This document shows positions 51,778-64,000 of a stretch of DNA of 64,000 nucleotides, in pieces (position 1 is the stretch's first letter; every line of letters begins with the position of its first letter). The stretch is from Moniliella sp. 'wahieum' (Eukaryota): contig RSEE01000106.1 in NCBI GenBank assembly GCA_003971905.1, positions 62,001 through 126,000 of the forward strand, written 5' to 3'. The position numbers and the translations under genes are program-made. Below the pieces are notes generated by a model. It searched no databases. It was not told the DNA's origin and worked only from the letters and a program-made list of their open reading frames with translations.

Positions 51778-53595
51778 TTACGGGCGGTAGCCCAGGCTAC
51801 GACCTGGGATGGGCGCGTGGGCACCTTGCCGAGGCGGGCCTGTAGGCACCTGGCGCGCAATCACAGCTTGTTGGTTGCGCGTGGCAAAGTCCACCAAGGC
51901 CCTGGCCGTGCGTTCCGGCGCATCTTCATGCAACACGTGTCCGACATCAGGAAAGACAAGTAGTTGGAACTTGCCCTGCATCTGGCCTAGTAGTAACGCC
52001 TTGTCCAGCCGGTCCGCCCCGGCCAAGATGAGTAACCGCGCACAACGCACACCCAGAAACCCACTGCTCAACCCTTGGAACCAGGAACGCCAAAACGGTT
52101 CGGTCGCAGCCAAGTTGTGGCTCCACACGTATGCGTGGGTCGTGTCGACTTGTGGGACTGGCGCGGGAAGCCGGTCACGTTCTTCCTCTTTCTCCTCCTC
52201 GTTTGGTTCGGGGTGCTCGTCTCGCCTACCCTCGTGTTCTCCCTCCAACTCAGGTTCGGCATCGTCCAGGTCTTCCATCGTCTCCTCTTCTTCTTCTTCT
52301 TCTTGCCCCGCCCCGCCACGCACGGGAGGAACGTAATGCGGATTAGGCCGGACCAGCGGCGGCACACTCCGCCGTGCCGAATCACGATTATGGATCGTAC
52401 CGCTCGCCACGTGCCACTGGATCGCAGCGGGCACCGAAGTAAAGCCACTGGGGAACGAAGCGACCATAGCTCGCATCGTAGGTAACGCTTCCATCGCCGT
52501 ACCTTCCACCACATCCAGTACCGCCACCCCGGTCAAATGTACATGTGGTAACGCACCCTTTTTGCTGCCCCCCACTGGGGCCAAGGCATGGGCCACAGCC
52601 GTGGCTACCCCTCCCATACTGTGCCCGACCAGTACCAGTCGCACATCTCTTTCCGGGGGCAACACACGCCGCAACACCGCTACCGCATCAAGTGTCAACG
52701 TATCCAACGACATGTTCAGTGGCTCAGACCAGCCAACGTGCCGCGTACGTCCATGACCACGACAATCGTACGTCAACACCCCGGCCGTACCTTGCGTCAA
52801 GCGCGTCACTGCACGCGCCAACAACCCAAATGATAACCCGGCGTACCCAGCTCCATGAAACAACACATAAATCGTTCCGGGTCCTTGCGTGTTGGCTGCA
52901 GCGGCTACTTGCGCCCCAGCACTCGGGTGCACCGTATCGGTCGTCACGCGGGCCGCGGGAACCGCTCGCCGAGACGCTTCTTCTTCCTCCTCCTCGTCCG
53001 ATACGTGCGGCGGCGTCAGCGCGGCTAGCTCCGCATCGGAAGCCCCAGGTCCCGTGGTAGTGGCAGAGGCAGAGGCTGTAGAAGTCGGAGCCGGAACAGG
53101 ACCCTGAGCAGGAGCAGGAGACGACCCAGTAGGCGGGGTGTAGTACACACGAAACGTCGCTGTCTTACCCTCCACGCCCGTTTCCACCACATTGCTCTCG
53201 TTGCCAGGCGGGGGAAGTGGACAGGCAGCCGGGCGGGGCACGGGGTACGTCACATCCACCTCGAGCGCCTGGGCAAAACAGTCGTCGGCCGGGACAGGCG
53301 CCCAGGCAGGATCTTGTTCCACGGGTCTGCGGTGGCCGGCGAGACGCGGACGTACAGAGGGCATGCCCGGGTACGCAAGTGGGGCCAACCCATCGTCTTC
53401 CGCAGCTTCGTCCGTGCCGGAGCTCGGGTCGGCACCAAAGCCCGCCAGGGGGGCTGAGCTGAGCGCGTCCAGTTGCGCCTGCGCTTCAGCCAGCGCTGCG
53501 TCGATGTGGGAGCTGGGCGGGGGCGTGGACGTGTGGGAGCCAGCGTGTCCGCCGGCAGTGCCTTGGAGCACGCGGTGGCGCAGGTCGCTCGGCAT
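51778..53595 (-). CDS. PPE1: Protein phosphatase 2A methylesterase 1
   Basis: HGAGYAGLSF, DCRGHGRT, nucleophile motif LVGHSMGG, DVVEGTAMEAL, WFQGLSSGFL and LLILAGADRLDKALLLGQMQGKFQL...GHVLHEDAP. Confidence 0.93.
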   Translation of the reverse strand: MPSDLRHRVLQGTAGGHAGSHTSTPPPSSHIDAALAEAQAQLDALSSAPLAGFGADPSSGTDEAAEDDGLAPLAYPGMPSVRPRLAGHRRPVEQDPAWAPVPADDCFAQALEVDVTYPVPRPAACPLPPPGNESNVVETGVEGKTATFRVYYTPPTGSSPAPAQGPVPAPTSTASASATTTGPGASDAELAALTPPHVSDEEEEEEASRRAVPAARVTTDTVHPSAGAQVAAAANTQGPGTIYVLFHGAGYAGLSFGLLARAVTRLTQGTAGVLTYDCRGHGRTRHVGWSEPLNMSLDTLTLDAVAVLRRVLPPERDVRLVLVGHSMGGVATAVAHALAPVGGSKKGALPHVHLTGVAVLDVVEGTAMEALPTMRAMVASFPSGFTSVPAAIQWHVASGTIHNRDSARRSVPPLVRPNPHYVPPVRGGAGQEEEEEEETMEDLDDAEPELEGEHEGRRDEHPEPNEEEKEEERDRLPAPVPQVDTTHAYVWSHNLAATEPFWRSWFQGLSSGFLGVRCARLLILAGADRLDKALLLGQMQGKFQLLVFPDVGHVLHEDAPERTARALVDFATRNQQAVIARQVPTGPPRQGAHAPIPGRSLGYRP

Positions 53596-53975
53596 GACGG
53601 AAGGCGGTGGGGGCAGGCCGGGGGGGCGCCGATGGAGCAGGAGGTCTGGTCTGGTCTGGTCAGCCAGGGGGCACCTGGGCACGGCCCCCCCGTCCCACTT
53701 GCAGAACGCACTTCAGCACACTCGCCCCCTGGCGCGCAGACGCACACTGCCCCCCTGCCCCCCGTCTATTCCGCCGCCGCCACACGCTCACCCATCGCCC
53801 GCCATCACGCATCATCCGTCGCATCGGTCCCAGCAGACGGAAGCACCCCCATCTCTAACCCACCGCCAGCGTCTCTTTGCGGCCTCGCCAGCTCCCCCGT
53901 CCAGCGCATCCAGTCCGCACGCCATAGAACCCGTCGGGGGTGTATAAGAGTAGCCCTGAGCCAAAAAAAGAGTCC

Positions 53976-54080
53976 TGGTCAATATGAGGCTTGAACTCAT
54001 GACCTTGGCATTACCAACACTCTTAACTCTTCAGCAGAGACGTATTAGTACCACGCTCTGACCAACTGAGCTAATCGACC
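53976..54080 (-). tRNA. tRNA-Ile (AAT), 31-nt intron
   Basis: GGTCGAT/ATTGACC acceptor stem, GCTC/GAGC D-stem, anticodon AAT (54046-54044), intron 54042-54012, ATGAG-TTCAAGC-CTCAT T-arm, T7 terminator at 53969-53963. Confidence 0.95.
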
Positions 54081-54586
54081 AATGATAACCCCCTGTTCCG
54101 TCAGATGGAGCTCCTGTCCCAACATTAGTATTGCTCGAGTGCACTCCATCCGCCCTTTCTCCACATGAGTAGCCAGTACTCGCTCCGACGCATTCGGGTC
54201 CTTATTGATGTACGAGTTCATTGCTTCTACTACCCCCCCTGAAGAGAGAGACGTGTGGGGCGGCGATAGGAATGTAAAAGGAGGTAAGATACAAAAAAAG
54301 AGACAAAACGCAGTGCAGCGCACACAAGCCGAGGCCAAGACACGAACGAGAACAAACAACGCATATACCAACAAACAGTCCCACTCTGTAGCGAGACGCG
54401 AGAGGCTAGAGAACGTGCGATGCTCTCGAAAGGCAACCGTCGTCAACCGCTCTTTCTCCTCGCACATCCTCCCATCCACCCTCCACAAAAGACAAACCGG
54501 CCCTCCGACGCAAAAGCCAGGAGGCCAGGAGGCTAAGAGGCTAGGAGGAATCCTACCTTTGTCCTCCGTCCTCATCGTCCGCATTC

Positions 54587-55670
54587 TCATTCTTCCATGT
54601 CCTGGTGCAGCATGTAAAACTGTTCGCCGGTCCAACCAATGATGCTGAGCAACTGCCGTGCCTCCTCGATCGTCGCACCGTGCAACGTCACATGCAGCGT
54701 CTCGGCCCCGCGCGTGTAGGCATCGCGTAACCGTTCCACCAACTCATCCCCTGCCGTCGCAGGCGACAATGCACGCAGCAGGCCCTCTAGCGCACCCAGA
54801 CGTGCTCCCAACACGAACCGTTCCCCACTCACCTTCTGTACCGACGCAAGCCCCGAACGGACCACCTTGGCCTCGTCCCACCACTCGGCCTCCGTCGCGT
54901 TCGAGGGGGCAAACAGGATGGATCCAGACCCTGCTTGTGAGGTTGAGTGTGAGGTTGAGTGTGAGGTTGAGTGTGAGTGCGACGAGGCGGAATCGGTTGT
55001 AGCTTCTCGCTCCAACGTGGCGTGCAACACCGACGGACCATCAAGGAGAAACATCAGGTCCGGATCCAAGGGTACGGTGAGCGTAGTAGTGGGCAACTTG
55101 TCCAATGGCCGTGCCCGGGAGGCCGGGGTAGAGGAGAAATAACGTGCTTGTCCTGCCGCCGTAGGGATCTGGCCAGCGGCAGCCATGCGCATGGTACGTG
55201 CCCAGGCTAGTGTCGGCAACCGCTCAGCGGAACGCAGGCCCAGCGAAGCCAGCGTCACAGCGCGCAGCGCACGGTACGAAGGCGCCAGCGTCGCGGCCAG
55301 ACGGTGATGGGCGTGACAGCGCGGAACCCTTGCTGGGCAAAAGATCGGAGCGCACGGTGGCCCGCAGCCGAGGCGGGACGCAGCGCCAGGCGGAAAGGCA
55401 GAGCAGGACGAACAGGGCAGAGGGAGGAGGCGACGGCAGCGGGCACGGCACGCGCGACAGGTACAGCGCGCAGGGACGATGGCCGCAGCGAGGGGAAGAG
55501 AGAGCGGGAGCGGGAGTGGGAGTGGGCGGCAACAAGGGCCTTGGCAGCCGGGAGGGCAGCGAGAGCTTGGCGTAGATGGGGGCGGCGACGAGGCGGCGGG
55601 CGGCAAGCGCGGCGAGCGCAGCGCGGCGAAGGCCGGTCCATGCGGCGGCGGCGGGGTGGGTGGTGGGCAT
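54587..55670 (-). CDS. Hypothetical protein, possibly mitochondrially targeted
   Basis: ATG at 55670, Arg/Ala/Leu-rich N-terminus, ARYFSSTPASRA presequence-like motif, then a globular-looking region (LTVPLDPDLMFLLD...). Frameshifted. Confidence 0.45.
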
Positions 55671-56203
55671 GGCGGATGGGATGTGAAGGCAGATGGAGAT
55701 GGAGATGGAGGTGGAGATGGAGATGGGGGTCCCCTCGCACGCACGCGCCACTCGACGAGCTGGAGGCTGGACAGGGGGAGGTGGTGGGGAGGGGGGGGGC
55801 GATTACTAAGGACAGCGTAAGGCAACGCCACATGCCAGGGGGCAGGCGCACGTGCACGGGCGGTTACGTCATTCGCCTGGCGGGTTGGGTTTGAAATTTG
55901 GGTTTTGAGTGCGCCGACAGAGGCTGTGCTGTGGTGCTGTGCAGTGCTGCGCCTGCTGCGCAACGCAGGCTAGGGTTCCCTTTGCCACCTGCCACGCGAA
56001 ACATTTAAGTTTCAAATTCACGTTCAAGTTCAACCCCGCATCCCAGCCGCACGTTACATTTCAACCGCCTAGTCAAACCTCTGCTCACGCTCACTATCAC
56101 TATCACTAGTCACTGCCACCGCCTCGGACTTCCGCCAACGCCGCCATCGTCCGCCACCGCATATACCCCCCCCCCATCCCCGCCGCCCGCCACACGCCTC
56201 GGC

Positions 56204-57371
56204 ATGGCCCCCACGCACCCCCACACGCCCCCCCGCCCACCAAGCCGCGCTGGCTCTCGCGCTGCCTGCCGCCCTTCCACCCACACCCGCCCCCCGCCCC
56301 ACACCCCGCCTCTTCGCCCCGCTCCCGCCCGGCGAGCTTCACTGCCACACGCGCCTTTGAGTCCTACGTCGCCACCAAGCACGCGCCCCCCCCTCCTCCT
56401 CCCCCTGCCTCTGCCCATTCGTCTGCTCCCATCACCACACCCTCCTCCTCCTCCTCCTCTCCCGCCGCGGCTCCTGCCCTCCCACCACTCCACCCGCCCA
56501 CGCGTCCTCCCCCGCAGCACACCCGCTCACTCAGCTGCCTCGCCACCGCGGGCGATCCCCATCCCATGCCCCACTTCTCTACCGCACGACGACGACGACG
56601 ACGACGACGATGATAACCATTACGAATCCGACAATGACGAGCAGGAGAAGAAGGCGTCGCTCCGTCTGGAGAGGAGGACAGCCGTCCGGCGCCCCCGTGC
56701 CCAGGCACACTTGCCCCCTCGGTCTTCTCTCGCTCCTCGGGGCACCTCATCCCCTTTTGCCATGGCTCTTGCCGTGGCGGTGGACGTTGAGGTTGAAGTC
56801 ACAGTCCCCGATTGGCTAAGGGTGCCGTCGCGTCAGTCGATCAAGCGACGCAGCCATGGCCTGTCCATCGTTACCTCCCCGCTGCCCCGCAGCACCGCGG
56901 TTCGGCCAGGGCCCAGGGAGGTACGCGCGTCCCTCCTGCTGCTGCGGCTGTTGCTGTGGCTGCGGCTGCGGATGCTGTGCTGCTGTTGGAACCAAAGGGA
57001 GGTGCGGCGCCCAGCAAACCCGGTTCTATCGTACCGTAGCCGCGTGACGCATGTGGCAGAACGAACGCATGATGATCCGGGTGTTGGTGTTTGGGCACAC
57101 GAATAACGTTTCCGTTTACATGGTAACCATTCAACCTGCGTCGTCTTCTTATCCATCAACCCTTCGCCTCCCTCCGCTTCCTACATACAAGTCAAGTACC
57201 GGATTACGTTTCCTCTTTGTCACGCCTGACGTACGCCTCAACGCTTCATCGTCTCACCCTGCTGTATGTCGCGACCTCCCCCACCACCACCATCCATCGT
57301 CCGCCATGATGCGCACCATTCCAAAAATGGATTGGGGTGAACCCCCTTCACCCAAACAAACAGAGAACTGA
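56204..57371 (+). CDS. Hypothetical Pro-rich protein with poly-Asp tract
   Basis: ATG at 56204, 300-codon ORF and possible intron donor GTACGC at 56921. No domain recognised. Confidence 0.3.
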
Positions 57372-57835
57372 CGACGCACGATAAGGCCCTCGTATACATA
57401 TCCCTCCCAACCACTGTACCGCCACTGTCCCTACTACCTGTGTCCCGGTTCGGGTCGACTGTTCTTGCGTCTTCCTTTTTTCCTGTTCGGACTGTGGGGA
57501 AGAAGCGAAGTGAGCGGGGTCGGCACGACGGCCCTCTTGTGATCGAACGGTGGGAAGAGTAAGAGAGAGAAGTTGGGCTATACGGCTTTCCGCATCGTAC
57601 CCCCGAGAGAGACGGGAACCAGAATGAGGCGTTAGGAGGTAGGTGGGACTGTCACATGTCACTAGCTTATCATCTCGGGGCTCAACCCATCATCATTCTT
57701 AACATGAGGAAGCCAACACAGACCAATTCACACGAGACCATCGACTTGCGGAGACATGAATACACGCCACCAGTGGTCTCTAGTATATACTAGTAGCCGT
57801 AGTCCTTAGTAGCCGTAGTACTCGTGTCTCGTAGA

Positions 57836-62187
<4,352 letters not shown>

Positions 62188-62766
62188 ATGCGGGAGGATG
62201 GGGTGGAAGGGGGCGTGGAGGAGCCGCGTCGAAGCGAGGCTACGCCAATAACCGAAGCTCAAATAACAAAGGTGCGCCATTTAATGGGTCTGGCCATCTG
62301 GACTGTGTGCGCGGTCTGGCGGCTAAAAAAACGCAGCCTATCCCCGCAGGCCGACCGTCCTATGACACGATGACGGTCATCCACACCCGCATTGGCCTCA
62401 CCGATCTCAGATTGATCTCATCCCTCTCGCCTATCCTACGCCCTCGGGTAGATACAGTCGACGGCGGCCGCGCACGGATCGCTTGTTTTATAATTGCTAG
62501 CACTGCACCAGCAGCATTCCTTTGTAGATATAGTAAACCGTGTTTTTTTTGCATGTCGTACCCATGCTTGCCTGCAGCTCCTCCCTCTAATACTTCTCCT
62601 CTGCGTTGGATCTCCTCTACCCACTATATCTGCACGATACACTTGTATCGGCACGAATCAGGCTAAGGAGACGAGACGCGAGCGCCCTATTGGATGGGCC
62701 ATAGTCCGTCGGCACCGGCAAGCGAGCGACGCGAGCGACGAGAGGAAAGACGGGGGCAGAGTCACA

Positions 62767-63947
62767 CTAGAAGCGCTTGGCGTCGTAGACCCGCTTGGAT
62801 TGGTAAAAGTGCCACGCGACTCCTCCAATCACTCCAATCCCCGCCACTGCCAGCACCACCTTAAGTACCCGCCACACCAAACCAACCACGCCCGCCATCA
62901 ACCAGTGGATCATGCCTGGGCCCGACGCACCCCCCTTGGCCCCTGCCTTGCTCGTCTTGCCCCATTGCCCAGGAACGGCTCGGCCTCGGCCCGTGCCGCC
63001 ATTTGCCAGCGGCTTGTGCACAATCGAATGGGTTTCCACCGACACCAGCTCGTGGTTGTCTGACACCTCGCCCGTCGCCGCTGTAAAACCCAGGAAGGGG
63101 TTTTCGGGCAGCTTGAATTTACCAATCTCGCTTCAAGCAACGCAGTGTGATGCCCCCACGCGAAGTCAGCCCTGCTATTCTCTTCGCCCCACCACACACA
63201 CGGCCACATACTCAGCCCCCCCCCCCACACTGACCAGGCAAAACCACAATGACACTTACAAACAAGGTTCCCATTGGTCCCACTCCTTGGTTTGCAGCTG
63301 CAGCTCAATGTACTCGCCGTCAACGTAGGTCAACCTCGCACGGGCTGATACCGGCGTGTCGCGGAACCGGATCGAGCAGCCTCCCACCTCTAGGTTGACC
63401 CCGTCCTGACTCGGCATGTAGGGTGTATACTTGCCCCCCTGCAAGGCCATCACGCGTGGGAATGCATAGGGATGCGGACCGTTGGCGTACGTATCAAACG
63501 TCACTCCCAACCCGTCGAACGTAGCCTGGTTTCCCAAGGCCGGGCCACTCTGGGCGCGTTCCGAGGTGAGCCAGAGCGCCATCCCATCGCCAAAGACATG
63601 ATGCGACCGGCCGGCGATGGCAAACTCCACCGTAATCTGAAAGTCACGCGCATGAATGGGATGACGCGTCCAAATCCAGCCCTGCTGGGACTTTTTGTCC
63701 TGGGTCAAACGCACTCCTCGAGCCGAATCGATGATGGTGGACCCGCCAAAGTCCCAAAACTGGTTTTGCAGGTCACCGTCCACATAAGGGTGGCGAAGCG
63801 ACGCTGCTTTCAGCGAGATAAGCGCTTCGTAGTCGTCTTGCGTGTACGCGCATCGCCCCACCGACGCTACACATACCGCCACCACCAGCACAGCCAGCAG
63901 CAACATGATGGGGGACGGGAACCGCACGGACTCCTCCCCCCCGCCAT
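62767..63947 (-). CDS. L-type lectin cargo receptor (VIP36/ERGIC-53/Emp47 family)
   Basis: Signal peptide, WDFGGSTII, RLTQD...QGWIW, GDGMALW and GLGVTFDTYAN. Intron 63259-63131 (AAG acceptor) joins CF to EIGKFKLPENPFLGFTAATGEVSDNHE. C-terminal TM helix and KRF* tail. Confidence 0.92.
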
Positions 63948-64000
63948 TTGTGTTGGCCTCTTTGTGCTGTGGTTTGCTGTGTCGGGTCAGGCTCAGCTTA

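Noticed and set aside
52170..52310. Long acidic insertion in the PP2A methylesterase
   Set aside because: A variable acidic disordered loop in this region is also present in other PME-1 orthologues.
57780..57793. Perfect 14-bp palindrome CTAGTATATACTAG between convergent genes
   Set aside because: Single occurrence. It fits a TA-rich polyadenylation element or the general palindrome enrichment already reported.

Overview
GC-rich eukaryotic (fungal) genomic DNA. Short GT(A/G)CGT...CTAAC/CTGAC...YAG introns, intron-containing tRNAs and a White collar-1 protein with no recognisable GATA zinc finger point to a basidiomycete, probably of the smut lineage (inference). Recognisable genes in order: a bHLH transcription factor (runs off the left edge), a CRAL-TRIO/Sec14-family protein, a DUF1765-like protein, a tiny secreted two-Cys peptide, tRNA-Met(CAT), a mucin-like single-pass membrane protein, White collar-1, a division-1 chitin synthase, hydroxyacid-oxoacid transhydrogenase, a type I DnaJ, USB1, a RIM2-like mitochondrial carrier, Nup53/35, PP2A methylesterase, tRNA-Ile(AAT), a large F-box-like protein and an L-type lectin. 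Several low-complexity hypothetical genes lie between them. Almost every conserved gene is broken by single-base frameshifts, most simply explained as uncorrected long-read errors, so gene ends are approximate. The most unusual signals are: (1) intergenic DNA repeatedly marked by 7-bp-phased palindromic repeats of many different sequences; (2) a spliced 56-aa secreted precursor ending in a C-x8-C loop that the ORF track does not capture as such; (3) an accessory-looking segment (about 12.4-13.2 kb) with two degenerate tandem repeat families; (4) a possible decayed RNase H with a telomere-like insert. No complete novel multi-gene system can be demonstrated from the sequence alone.
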